This document shows positions 20,492 through 30,017 of a stretch of DNA of 64,000 nt, in pieces; positions within the stretch are counted from its first letter, which is position 1; each line of letters starts with the position of its first letter. This DNA is from Bacteroidales bacterium (GTDB lineage Bacteria > Bacteroidota > Bacteroidia > Bacteroidales > VadinHA17): the NCBI GenBank assembly GCA_035299385.1, contig DATGWQ010000130.1, positions 1,093 through 65,092 of the forward strand, written 5' to 3'. Made by a program: the position numbers and the translations under genes. The notes below the pieces were generated by a model that searched no databases, had not been told where the DNA came from, and worked only from the letters and a program-made list of their open reading frames with translations.

Positions 20492-21256
20492 ATGAGATTT
20501 TTTAAAAGCTTTCTGATACTTTCTGCCATTGCCTTTCTTATAGCATGTGGCAGTAAAACCACGAATAATAATCCGGCAGCCGGGAACGATACAATAACTG
20601 TCCCTGATACAGGATACACCGGCATAAAGCAATTTATGAGCGGAAAGTATATTGTCAGCGAGGTGAACTTTGTGAATGGCGTAAGGCAGGGGCTTACAAA
20701 AACTTTTTACCAGAGCGGCAGGCTGCAAAGGACTTACTGGTACGAAAAGGGCGTAAGGCAGGATTCATCCTGCTGGTATTACGAGGAAGGTCAGCTGTTC
20801 CGCACAACGCCCTTCAGGAATGACACTGTGGACGGGATCCAGAAACAATTCTACCGCACCGGTGAGCTCAAGGCGGAAATGGGCTACAAAGACGGGTTCA
20901 GAACTGAGTATTTCAAAGAGTATACACGCGAAGGCAAGCCTGTAAATGATTACCCCGACATTGTGGTACGTACCGAAGACAACTACAAGGCTGCCGGCCG
21001 GTACAGCATCATACTCGAACTTTCCGACAAAAAGGTGAATGTAAACTGGCGCAGGGGAGAATTTACAGATGGAAAATATGATACGGCACAACTGCAGAAA
21101 ATAATAAAAACCGGAAATACTGGTCGTCTTGACCTGAAGAAAACCGGAGCTGCCACGCAGACTTATGTGAATGTCATTGCAGAAATACTCACGGATTTCG
21201 CAAACAGAAAGCTTGTTGAAAAGAAGATCGTGCTCCCCTATAATGATCTGAAATAA
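20492..21256 (+). CDS. MORN-variant/YwqK-like repeat lipoprotein
   Basis: 254 aa. Lipobox LIACGS. Repeated G-x-x-x-G-x-x-K-x-(F/Y)Y-x-x-G modules. Confidence 0.6.
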   Translation: MRFFKSFLILSAIAFLIACGSKTTNNNPAAGNDTITVPDTGYTGIKQFMSGKYIVSEVNFVNGVRQGLTKTFYQSGRLQRTYWYEKGVRQDSSCWYYEEGQLFRTTPFRNDTVDGIQKQFYRTGELKAEMGYKDGFRTEYFKEYTREGKPVNDYPDIVVRTEDNYKAAGRYSIILELSDKKVNVNWRRGEFTDGKYDTAQLQKIIKTGNTGRLDLKKTGAATQTYVNVIAEILTDFANRKLVEKKIVLPYNDLK

Positions 21257-21261
21257 GCATT

Positions 21262-21870
21262 ATGATTATCCATTCAGCACGGTTCGTCAAAAGCAGCCCC
21301 TCTCTCAGGGACTGCCCTGCACCGGACAAGGCCGAATTCGGATTCATCGGGCGCTCAAATGTGGGTAAATCGTCGCTGATCAACATGCTGACAGGATTCC
21401 AGAAACTTGCCAAGACCTCCTCCCTTCCAGGTAAAACAAGAACTATAAATCACTTCATCGTGAATGATTCATGGTATCTTGTCGATCTTCCGGGATATGG
21501 TTATGCAAAGGTGTCTGCATCCAAGAGGGATAAATGGGTTTCTGAAACAGAGAAATTCATACTGAAGAGAGATACGTTGTTAAGTCTTTTTGTGCTGATC
21601 GATTCACGTCATAAGCCTCAGCCTTCAGACCTGCAATTCATGGAATTTCTCGGGGTGAATGAAATCCCTTTTGCAAGGATATTTACCAAAAGCGACAAGC
21701 TCTCTCCAAATGCACTCCTGAAATCCATCCATGAATATGACAGGATAATGCTGGAGAAGTGGGAATCACTTCCTGTAACATTCATCACCTCAGCCATTAA
21801 CAGCAAAGGTCGCAATGAGATTCTTAAGTATATAGAAGAAACTGTCAACAATTTTTCAAAAGGCAGGTGA
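21262..21870 (+). CDS. engB: Ribosome biogenesis GTP-binding protein YihA/EngB
   Basis: 202 aa. G1 GRSNVGKSSLIN, G3 DLPGYGYA, G4 TKSDK. Confidence 0.9.
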   Translation: MIIHSARFVKSSPSLRDCPAPDKAEFGFIGRSNVGKSSLINMLTGFQKLAKTSSLPGKTRTINHFIVNDSWYLVDLPGYGYAKVSASKRDKWVSETEKFILKRDTLLSLFVLIDSRHKPQPSDLQFMEFLGVNEIPFARIFTKSDKLSPNALLKSIHEYDRIMLEKWESLPVTFITSAINSKGRNEILKYIEETVNNFSKGR

Positions 21871-21912
21871 TATCGGTCCGGAATTTTTAATTTTGTACTC
21901 AAATTTCTGCCT

Positions 21913-22851
21913 ATGTTCGGACATGCACCAATGAAGCTTTTTTCCTGCAGGTCCTCGCTTCATTTGGCAAAGATGATTGCCGATAAGCTTGGGATCGAAC
22001 TTGGAAAAAGCTCAGTTACTAAATTCAGCGATGGCGAATTCCAGCCATGTTTTGACGAATCAGTGAGAGGCTGCATGGTCTTCATAGTACAGTCGACCAA
22101 TCCACCGGCCGAGAACCTTCTCGAGCTGCTGCTCATGATAGACGCGGCAAAGAGGGCATCCGCTTACAAGGTTATTGCCGTTATCCCATACTATGGTTTT
22201 GCACGCCAGGACAGGAAAGACAGGCCGCGTGTATCTATCGGTTCAAAACTCACGGCGGACCTCCTCAGCACTGCAGGCGTCGACAGGGTAATAACGATGG
22301 ACCTCCATGCGGACCAGATACAGGGTTTTTTCAACGTGCCCGTCGATCACCTTTTCGGTTCAGCAGTATTCGCACCATATATATCAAACCTGAAGCTTAA
22401 AAACCTTACCGTTTCCGCACCCGATATGGGGGGGTCGAAAAGGGCAAACGCCTATTCGAGATTCCTGCAATCGGAAATGGTGCTTTGCTATAAGCTCCGC
22501 AAAAAACCGAATGTGATCGAGGAAATGTCGATAATCGGGGAAGTTGAAGGCAGGAATGTTGTGATAATTGACGATATGGTCGATACGGCAGGGACACTGG
22601 CTCTTGCGGCCAATATGATGAGGGAAAGAGGTGCAACCAGCATCAGGGCTGTGGCAACTCATCCCATTCTGTCGGGAAATGCCGTAGAGAGAATAAATGA
22701 TTCAGCAATCGAGGAGCTCGTCGTAAGCGATTCAGTCCCTTTCAATAATACCTCACCAAAAATAAAGGTTCTCTCCATCGCCGATATTTTCGCCAGGACA
22801 ATAATGGCTGTAACCACTAATCAGTCAATCAGTACAAATTTTGTATTCTGA
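21913..22851 (+). CDS. prs: Ribose-phosphate pyrophosphokinase
   Basis: 312 aa. ARQDRK, DLHADQIQGFF and PRPP-binding IIDDMVDTAGT. Confidence 0.95.
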   Translation: MFGHAPMKLFSCRSSLHLAKMIADKLGIELGKSSVTKFSDGEFQPCFDESVRGCMVFIVQSTNPPAENLLELLLMIDAAKRASAYKVIAVIPYYGFARQDRKDRPRVSIGSKLTADLLSTAGVDRVITMDLHADQIQGFFNVPVDHLFGSAVFAPYISNLKLKNLTVSAPDMGGSKRANAYSRFLQSEMVLCYKLRKKPNVIEEMSIIGEVEGRNVVIIDDMVDTAGTLALAANMMRERGATSIRAVATHPILSGNAVERINDSAIEELVVSDSVPFNNTSPKIKVLSIADIFARTIMAVTTNQSISTNFVF

Positions 22852-22870
22852 TTCCTTTGTTCTATATTTG
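22840..22870 (+). promoter_or_regulatory. Bacteroidota sigma-A type promoter for rplY-pth
   Basis: TTTG (22840-22843), 19-nt spacer, TATATTTG (22863-22870) matching the TAnnTTTG -7 element. About 80 nt upstream of the rplY ATG. Confidence 0.55.
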
Positions 22871-22948
22871 CAGGCCAAAATTTTTATTAAAAACCGTGTA
22901 ATGAGATGATCATCACTGATTATCTAGTAGCACAATAACACATCTAAA

Positions 22949-23593
22949 ATGAAAACAATAGAGATCAAAGGTTCTTTCAGAAACGAGCTTGGAAAGAAAA
23001 GCTCCAGGCAGTCAAGGAAATCAGGGAATGTGCCATGCGTGATCTATGCAAAAGAAGGAAACATCCATTTCGAGGCGCCCGAACTGAGTTTTAAAAACCT
23101 TATTTACACCCACGAAGCACATCTCGTCAAACTTCTTGTTGACGACAAGGAATACAATGTTGTGCTGAAGGACATCCAGTTTCACCCTGTAAATGACAAA
23201 ATACAGCACGTTGACTTTATACAGATCTCGGAAGATAAACCCGTGATCATCGGTGTTCCTGTTAAGGTCACCGGAACTTCTGCCGGTGTTCTTGCAGGCG
23301 GAAAGCTGGTTACCAAGAAGAGAAACCTCAAGGTAAAAGGATTCCCGAAAGATCTTCCTGAGGAACTTACCGTCGATATCACAGAGCTTAAGATTCACCA
23401 GTCAATAAAAGTCGGTGATCTTTCTTTCGACAAGATCGAGCTTCTCGATCCCAAGAAGGACATGGTAGTCGGTGTCGCCACCTCGCGTGTTGCGAAGACT
23501 ACTGAAGAGGAAGCTGCTGAAGCTGCTGCTGCTGCTCCTGCTGCAGGTGAAGCTCCTGCTGCAGGTGCTGAAGCAGAAGAAAAGGGAAAATAA
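22949..23593 (+). CDS. rplY: 50S ribosomal protein L25/general stress protein Ctc
   Basis: 214 aa. N-terminal KSSRQSRKSGNVPCVIY pattern. Ala/Glu-rich C-terminal tail. Confidence 0.9.
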   Translation: MKTIEIKGSFRNELGKKSSRQSRKSGNVPCVIYAKEGNIHFEAPELSFKNLIYTHEAHLVKLLVDDKEYNVVLKDIQFHPVNDKIQHVDFIQISEDKPVIIGVPVKVTGTSAGVLAGGKLVTKKRNLKVKGFPKDLPEELTVDITELKIHQSIKVGDLSFDKIELLDPKKDMVVGVATSRVAKTTEEEAAEAAAAAPAAGEAPAAGAEAEEKGK

Positions 23594-23615
23594 TTCATTT
23601 AACTGAACAGGCTGT

Positions 23616-24200
23616 ATGAAGTATCTTATAGCAGGCCTGGGAAACATAGGTGACGGATACAAGGATACACGTCACAACATAGGTTTTACCGTATTGGATG
23701 CCCTGGCCAGGGCATCCAATACTTCTTTTACGGACAGGCGTTACGGAGCAGTCTGCAATGTAAAGTACAGGGGCAGAGAACTTATCCTGCTAAAGCCGTC
23801 AACCTTCATGAATCTCAGCGGGAATGCAGTAAGCTACTGGCTGAAAAAAGAGAATGTCCCTCTTGAAAATCTCCTCGTAATTGCTGATGACCTTGCGCTG
23901 CCCCTTGGAACCATAAGAATGCGACCAAAGGGAAGCGATGGCGGGCATAACGGCCTTGCCCATATAAATTCTGTGCTCGGTACGAATGAATATGCAAGGA
24001 TCCGTGTAGGCATAGGCAGTAATTTCAGGAAGGGGGCACAGGTCGATTATGTCCTTGGAACATGGACTCCTGAAGAAATGAAGATCCTGCAGGAAAGAAT
24101 TGATATCGTGGCCGAGATGATCAGATCATTCTCGTTCCAGGGAACCGAACTCACTATGACAAATTTCAACAAGGCCGGAAAGATGCCGGAGAAAGAATAA
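23616..24200 (+). CDS. pth: Peptidyl-tRNA hydrolase
   Basis: 194 aa. LIAGLGNIG, TRHNIGF, GSDGGHNGL. Confidence 0.95.
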   Translation: MKYLIAGLGNIGDGYKDTRHNIGFTVLDALARASNTSFTDRRYGAVCNVKYRGRELILLKPSTFMNLSGNAVSYWLKKENVPLENLLVIADDLALPLGTIRMRPKGSDGGHNGLAHINSVLGTNEYARIRVGIGSNFRKGAQVDYVLGTWTPEEMKILQERIDIVAEMIRSFSFQGTELTMTNFNKAGKMPEKE

Positions 24201-24223
24201 TGAACTTGCCTTTAAAAGAAATT

Positions 24224-24329
24224 TCCCGCAGATACCGCTGATTATCGCAGATTGAAAAACGCAGATTTATTTCTGTCAAAATTCAATCCGCGTAATCTGC
24301 GTGAATTTCAATCCGCGTAATCTGCGGGA
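24224..24329. repeat. CGCAGAT word array (3 direct + 2 inverted copies) including a 20-nt tandem duplication
   Basis: CGCAGAT at 24227, 24246 and 24260. ATCTGCG at 24295 and 24320. ttcaatccgcgtaatctgcg occurs twice (24282-24301 and 24307-24326). The 10-bp outer complement is tcccgcagat (24224-24233) with atctgcggga (24320-24329). Confidence 0.85.
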
Positions 24330-24345
24330 AAAAGGCTGTTAAAAA

Positions 24346-24732
24346 ATGGACACCGAAATACGTATCGACAAATTCCTCTGGGCGGTAAGGGTCTACAAGA
24401 CACGCAGCATTGCCACAGATGAATGCCGGAAAGGCAGAATACTTGTCAATGATGTCCCGGTAAAGCCTTCAAGAAATGTTTCCGCCGGTGAAATAATTGT
24501 TGTCAGGAAACCGCCTGTAACATACACTTACAAAGTGCTGGATCCCATCATTAACCGTGTATCCGCAAAACTTGTGCATAACTTTGTCGAAGACATCACA
24601 CCCGAAGAGGAAAAAATGAAGCTCGACTACCGCCAGCCTGCTTCCGGTATATACAGGCCAAAAGGACTCGGGAGGCCTACGAAAAAGGAAAGAAGGCTTA
24701 TTGACAGGCTGCAGGACGGTATCGAAGATTGA
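24346..24732 (+). CDS. hslR: S4-domain RNA-binding protein, Hsp15-like
   Basis: 128 aa. RIDKFLWAVRVYKTRS S4 motif and basic C-terminus. Follows pth, as in many bacteria. Confidence 0.75.
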   Translation: MDTEIRIDKFLWAVRVYKTRSIATDECRKGRILVNDVPVKPSRNVSAGEIIVVRKPPVTYTYKVLDPIINRVSAKLVHNFVEDITPEEEKMKLDYRQPASGIYRPKGLGRPTKKERRLIDRLQDGIED

Positions 24733-24862
24733 ACCGGGGTGGTATAAAGACCTATAATTGAGAAAAATTCCTCAGAATCTATCCCTGCCTTTGACCTGAT
24801 TTTCCATTTTTTATAACTTGCAGCAGCTGTGAAAACGCGTTTTTGGAAACGCAGATTTAATA

Positions 24863-26206
24863 ATGGGAAAGCAAAACATCGAAAAATATTCTTCAAGGTA
24901 TGCACTCCTGAAGTTCGTCTCAGGCTTCTGGCATAATAACGTGTATTACAGGCGGGTAATAGTCTATGGCCGGGAGAACATCAATTTATCAGCTTCCAAC
25001 ATTTTTGCACCCAATCATCAGAATGCACTCATGGATGCGCTTGCCGTTCTTTTCACACACAAGGGGCAGCCGGTTTTTCTTGCGCGTTCCGATATCTTCA
25101 GGAAAAAATTCATGGCTAAGCTGCTTTACTTCCTTAAAATGCTGCCTGTATACAGGATAAGGGACGGCTTCAGCAGCCTGAAGGAAAACGATGAAATCTT
25201 CGAAAAGACAATAGATGTTTTAAAGAACAGGAACGGGCTTGTCATCCTTCCGGAAGGTGATCATGCAGGATTCAGGAGATTAAGGCAGCTGAAGAAAGGT
25301 ATCTGCAGGATAGCATTCCAGGCGGAAGAGGCCACCGGCTATAATCTCAAGATCAAAATAATACCGGTAGGGCTTGAATTCTCACATTACAACAGGTACA
25401 GGCAGGTGCTGACTGTTGTTTATGGCCATCCTGTCGAAGTGTCTGATTACATCGAGTCGTACAGGACCAGCCCTGAAAAAGCTTTCAACGAGCTCCGGGA
25501 CAGGTTAGCCGACGAGATCAGGAATCTTATTGTGCATATCGAATCAAAAGAAGATTATGAGGCCATAGATGAGCTGCGCGATATTATTAACGGAAAGTAC
25601 AGCGACGATATAAAATTCCCTAAAATATTCAGGGACAGGATGCTTATCGGTAAACTTAACGGTCTCCGTGAAAAAAACTTTCCCTTGTACAGGAAAATCT
25701 GCGACCTCAGCCTCGAGATCAAGAAAAGGGCGGCAGAAATGAAACTCAGCTACAGGGTCCTGGGTAAAAAGAATCATTCTTTAACGGGACTACTTGCCGG
25801 TGTTATTGGATTGATCGCAACTTTCCCGCTTTACCTTTATGGAAATATATTCAATCTCACCTTCCTGGCCATCCCCAACCTTCAGATCCCGAAGATCAAG
25901 GATCCGCAGTTCCATGCCACCATCAGGTACGGATTATCGCTTGCACTGGCATTCATATTTCTTCCCGTGTACCTCATTCTCTGTTTCCTGATCTTTTCTC
26001 CCTGGTGGATGGCAATATTGATTTTTCTCACACTTCCTCTTTCAGGTCTTTTTGCATGGGATTATTACCTGATATTCAAAAGAATAGCCGGGGGATTCAG
26101 AATAAGGAACCTGATAAAAAGAAATGATTCCGCATTCCTTGATCTCAGGAAAAAATACAAAGAATTGAAGGACCTGATTGCAAATCTCAGATATGAAGAC
26201 AAATGA
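24863..26206 (+). CDS. Acyltransferase (PlsC/LPLAT family) with C-terminal membrane domain
   Basis: 447 aa. NHQNALMD motif-I-like box, VILPEGDH motif, C-terminal TM helices. Confidence 0.75.
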   Translation: MGKQNIEKYSSRYALLKFVSGFWHNNVYYRRVIVYGRENINLSASNIFAPNHQNALMDALAVLFTHKGQPVFLARSDIFRKKFMAKLLYFLKMLPVYRIRDGFSSLKENDEIFEKTIDVLKNRNGLVILPEGDHAGFRRLRQLKKGICRIAFQAEEATGYNLKIKIIPVGLEFSHYNRYRQVLTVVYGHPVEVSDYIESYRTSPEKAFNELRDRLADEIRNLIVHIESKEDYEAIDELRDIINGKYSDDIKFPKIFRDRMLIGKLNGLREKNFPLYRKICDLSLEIKKRAAEMKLSYRVLGKKNHSLTGLLAGVIGLIATFPLYLYGNIFNLTFLAIPNLQIPKIKDPQFHATIRYGLSLALAFIFLPVYLILCFLIFSPWWMAILIFLTLPLSGLFAWDYYLIFKRIAGGFRIRNLIKRNDSAFLDLRKKYKELKDLIANLRYEDK

Positions 26207-26996
26207 GGCGCTGAAAGGTAAAACGGCCTGGATCACCGGTGCATCTTCCGGGATCGGGGAAGCCCTTGTAAGAAAATTCTCGGGATCGGGAGCAGCAGTG
26301 ATTGCATCGTCGAATGATCCTGATGGCCTTACAAAAGTTAAGGAATCATGCCAGAACAGCGGGAAAATCAGGTGTGTTCCCTTCGATCTTTCAGACACCG
26401 CCGGAATCGGTTCGCTTGTATCGGATGTTATAAATGAAGCAGGCAGAATTGACTACCTCATTAATATCGGAGGAATCAGCCAGCGGGCACGAATTGAAGA
26501 AACGCCCCTGTGGCTTGACAGGAAGATATTCGAAATAAATTATTTCGGAACGATCGCATTTACAAAAGCTGTCCTGCCCTTTATGGTGAAGCAGGGAGGA
26601 GGCCATATCCTGGCAACAAGCAGTATTTCAGGAAGATTCGGCTTCCCTCTCAGATCAGCTTATTCAGCCAGCAAACAGGCTATCCATGGTTTTTTCGAAA
26701 CACTTTATCTCGAGAATAAGGGAAATAACATAAGAGTTTCTGTGATCATACCGGGAAGGGTAAGGACTTCAATATCCTATCATGCACTGGTTGCTGACGG
26801 CAGTGAGCACGGAAGGCTTGACGACGGACAGGCAGGCGGGCTACTGCCGGAAAAAGCGGCCGAAATCATAGTGAAGGGAATGCTGAAGAACAAAAGAGAG
26901 ATCCTGGTGGGGAACGGAGAGCTGATGCTGCTGCATATAAGAAGGTACATGCCCTGGCTGTTCTTCAGGATTGCCGACAAAATCAAATCGACATAA
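26193..26996 (+). CDS. Short-chain dehydrogenase/reductase (SDR)
   Basis: TGASSGIGEA cofactor motif and catalytic YSASK. Start set to the internal Met (MKTNEALKGK). Small overlap with the upstream gene. Confidence 0.85.
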   Translation: MKTNEALKGKTAWITGASSGIGEALVRKFSGSGAAVIASSNDPDGLTKVKESCQNSGKIRCVPFDLSDTAGIGSLVSDVINEAGRIDYLINIGGISQRARIEETPLWLDRKIFEINYFGTIAFTKAVLPFMVKQGGGHILATSSISGRFGFPLRSAYSASKQAIHGFFETLYLENKGNNIRVSVIIPGRVRTSISYHALVADGSEHGRLDDGQAGGLLPEKAAEIIVKGMLKNKREILVGNGELMLLHIRRYMPWLFFRIADKIKST

Positions 26997-27013
26997 AAAT
27001 TAAAACATTTGAA

Positions 27014-28090
27014 ATGAAGGGGTATACGTTGAGCGGGATTCAGCAGGTCGGTATAGGCGTTACGGACCTGCATGAAGCATGGAAATGGTATCGTCAGTAT
27101 TTCGGAATGGATTGCCGCGTTTTTGAAGATGAAGCAGAAGCAAAACTGATGCTTCCATATACAGGGGGACAACCGAGAAAAAGGCATGCCATCCTTGCGG
27201 TCAATCTCCAGAGCGGCGGAGGATTCGAAATATGGCAGTACAAGGGGCGGAAACCAATAAATATCAAGGAAGAAATCAGGATAGGCGACCTCGGTATCAT
27301 TGCATGCAAAATAAAGGCAAAAAACATTCCCACAGTTCTTCAGATGTACCGCTCCGAAGGCCTGAATGTGCCCGAAAACTATGCAATGGATCCGGCAGGC
27401 AAAATGACATTCATCGTAAAGGACCCTTACGGAAACCTTTTCCAGGTCGTCGAAGCAAGGGACTGGTTCATGAACGAGAAAAAGCCGACGGGAGGATCAT
27501 ACGGAGCCATGATCGGGGTGTCTGATATTGAAAAATCAAAAGCGATTTATTGCGATATCCTTGGTTACGATGAAGTTATTTATGACAAATCGGGGATATT
27601 CAATGATCTTTCGGCCATTCCCGGAGGATCAGCCGAGTGCAGGAGGGTCCTGCTTAAAAGATCGAAAAAGTTCGCCGGCCCGGTGAGCAGGATCTTCGGC
27701 GACAGTGTTATTGAACTTGTCAGCACAAAGCTACCCGGCAAACGCATATACAGGGACAGGTTCTGGGGAGACCCCGGCTTCATCCATCTATGCTACGATA
27801 TGCAGGGGATGGACGCTTTGAAAGAATTCTGTGAACAGAAAGGGTACCCGTTTACGGTTGACAGCAAGAAACATCATGAGGGCGCCAGCTTCGATATGGG
27901 AGAAGCTGCAGGACATTTTTCGTACATCGAAGATCCTGACGGAACCCTGATCGAATTCGTGGAAACGCATAAAATACCGATCATAAAAAAACTGGGCCTC
28001 TTTATCGATCTCAGAAAGAGAAATCCTGAAAAATCACTTCCGGACTGGATGCTTAAGACGTTGAGGTTCTCCAGAGTGAAGGATAAATAA
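27014..28090 (+). CDS. VOC (glyoxalase/bleomycin-resistance/dioxygenase) family protein, two-domain
   Basis: 358 aa. Two VOC-like modules: GIQQVGIGVTDL..DPYGNLFQV and GAMIGVSDIEKS..DPDGTLIEFVE. Confidence 0.7.
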   Translation: MKGYTLSGIQQVGIGVTDLHEAWKWYRQYFGMDCRVFEDEAEAKLMLPYTGGQPRKRHAILAVNLQSGGGFEIWQYKGRKPINIKEEIRIGDLGIIACKIKAKNIPTVLQMYRSEGLNVPENYAMDPAGKMTFIVKDPYGNLFQVVEARDWFMNEKKPTGGSYGAMIGVSDIEKSKAIYCDILGYDEVIYDKSGIFNDLSAIPGGSAECRRVLLKRSKKFAGPVSRIFGDSVIELVSTKLPGKRIYRDRFWGDPGFIHLCYDMQGMDALKEFCEQKGYPFTVDSKKHHEGASFDMGEAAGHFSYIEDPDGTLIEFVETHKIPIIKKLGLFIDLRKRNPEKSLPDWMLKTLRFSRVKDK

Positions 28091-28091
28091 A

Positions 28092-28137
28092 GGTAATCGG
28101 TAATCGGTAAAATCGGTAAAATCGGTAATCGGTAATC
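28092..28137. repeat. Tandem repeat with symmetric 7-7-9-9-7-7 unit pattern
   Basis: ggtaatc ggtaatc ggtaaaatc ggtaaaatc ggtaatc ggtaatc. Fills almost the whole spacer between convergent stops at 28090 and 28144. Confidence 0.9.
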
Positions 28138-28143
28138 AATACT

Positions 28144-29352
28144 CTAAACCGTTCCCGCAATTGATTCCACCCTGCGCAGGACCCTCATAACGTTGCCTCC
28201 CCATATCTTCTCGATATCTGTCTTCGTGTAACCGCGGCGAAGAAGTTCAATCGTGATATTCTTCATCTCAGCAGCTGAATGGCAGCCGTCAACTCCTCCT
28301 CCCCCGTCGAAATCCGTTCCGATTCCCACATGATCCACGCCTATAATCTGCACAGCATGATCGATGTGATCGGCAATATCCTTTACGGTTGCAAGCTTTT
28401 CAAATTTTTTCTGCACAGCCCTGTATTCGACACGCAGGATCTTTTTTGAGTCTTCGGGCAGGGAGGTATAATCACCATACTTCTGCCTGAGCTCTTTAAG
28501 CGCAGCATCCATCTGTGCATTGGGTTCCGGGGTCTTCAGGTAGTTGCTGAGAATGCAGATCTGAATAACACCGCCATTTGCCTTCAGAGCCAGCAACATG
28601 TCGTCTGTAAGGTTCCTGGGGCTTCCGCATAATGCACGGCATGAGGAATGTGAAGCTATGACGGGCGCTGAGGTGACTTTAAGCACATCATAAAATGCCT
28701 CATCTGAGATGTGCGAAACGTCTACCATTATGCCAAGCCTGTTCATTTCATGGACAACCTGTTCGCCAAGATCGGAAAGGCCATTGTTCTCGGCGCCTCC
28801 AGGATCGGTCGAAGAATCGCACAGATCATTGTTTTTTGAGTGTGCGAGTGTAATGTACCTTGCCCCCTGATCATAATATTCTTTAACTCTTGCTATATTA
28901 TGGCCGATCGGATAACCGTTCTCAAGCCCTATGAATGCTGCTATCCTCCCCTCTTTCGCAATCCTGTATGCATCATCGGCTTTAAGGGCTATTTCAGCGA
29001 GCGAACTGTTTTTGGCAACATTATCATGAATTGCCCTGAATATCTTCATTGTATTGCCATGCACCTTTTCAAAGGCCGAATCATTTCTTGGGCCCTGGCC
29101 GATGAATACAGCGAAGAATTCTGAATGCAACCCTCCTTCCGCCATCCTGGGAAAATCAACACAGCCTTCGTCATGACGTGCGCCAAGATCATATGTTGAA
29201 TCATCCTCGAAATTCATCGGGGTATCGCAATGGGTATCCACAGTCAGAATGGACGAATGGATCCTGTCAGCTTTCCTGACAAGCTTTTCCTCACTGTCAG
29301 TACAACCCTGTATCAGGAATATAATAACCGGGATAAACAAAAGTTTTTTCAT
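28144..29352 (-). CDS. Membrane dipeptidase (peptidase M19), lipoprotein
   Basis: 402 aa. Lipobox LIQGCT plus VDTHCD, DVSH, ASHS and GTDFDGGGG motifs. Confidence 0.85.
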   Translation of the reverse strand: MKKLLFIPVIIFLIQGCTDSEEKLVRKADRIHSSILTVDTHCDTPMNFEDDSTYDLGARHDEGCVDFPRMAEGGLHSEFFAVFIGQGPRNDSAFEKVHGNTMKIFRAIHDNVAKNSSLAEIALKADDAYRIAKEGRIAAFIGLENGYPIGHNIARVKEYYDQGARYITLAHSKNNDLCDSSTDPGGAENNGLSDLGEQVVHEMNRLGIMVDVSHISDEAFYDVLKVTSAPVIASHSSCRALCGSPRNLTDDMLLALKANGGVIQICILSNYLKTPEPNAQMDAALKELRQKYGDYTSLPEDSKKILRVEYRAVQKKFEKLATVKDIADHIDHAVQIIGVDHVGIGTDFDGGGGVDGCHSAAEMKNITIELLRRGYTKTDIEKIWGGNVMRVLRRVESIAGTV

Positions 29353-29563
29353 AGGTAACCGGGGCTATTCAATGCAATATAATTAAAATGCATGCGGGAA
29401 CTGAAGAAAATCAATTCTTTAACCAATTTTAACAATAACCCGCCTGTACAACAAGGCTGAAGCATACCCTGAAAATCCGACCTGCAGAATCGAATAAAAT
29501 TTGGTTCCTAATATTTTTTTGATTAACTTAAATATTGAAACTCAGGATAACTTTTTCTTATCC

Positions 29564-30004
29564 ATGAAAGAAACAGTTATAATATTATCCTGTACGTGGA
29601 AATTTGCGGCAACTTTTCCTGTCGCGATATATGCCATGAAGATGTCGGCGGCTGAAACCCTGATCTGCACAAATGCCGGAGGTATTTTGGGTTGGTTTAT
29701 ATTCCTTAATTTCTCAGGCTATCTCCTGAGGGTTTGGGACAAATTCAGTCCGGCTTTTAACAGGAAGAAGAGAAAAGTATTTACCAGTGCAAGCAGAAGG
29801 CTGGTAAGAATAAAGAATAAATTCGGGCTGGCCGGGATTGCAATTCTGAGCCCATCCATATTATCCATACCGGTTGGCGCCTTCCTGGCTGCCAAATATT
29901 ATGGACTCAGAATGAGAGTCTGGATATTCCTGGCCGCGGGTCAGGTTTTCTGGTCGCTTGTCTTTACTTTTTTTTATACCCAGATCAGAACTGCAGCAGG
30001 CTGA
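29564..30004 (+). CDS. Small integral membrane protein (function unknown)
   Basis: About 146 aa from the internal Met (MKETVIIL...). Four predicted hydrophobic helices and a basic loop RKKRKVF. Confidence 0.5.
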   Translation: MKETVIILSCTWKFAATFPVAIYAMKMSAAETLICTNAGGILGWFIFLNFSGYLLRVWDKFSPAFNRKKRKVFTSASRRLVRIKNKFGLAGIAILSPSILSIPVGAFLAAKYYGLRMRVWIFLAAGQVFWSLVFTFFYTQIRTAAG

Positions 30005-30017
30005 GCTTTATTCAACC

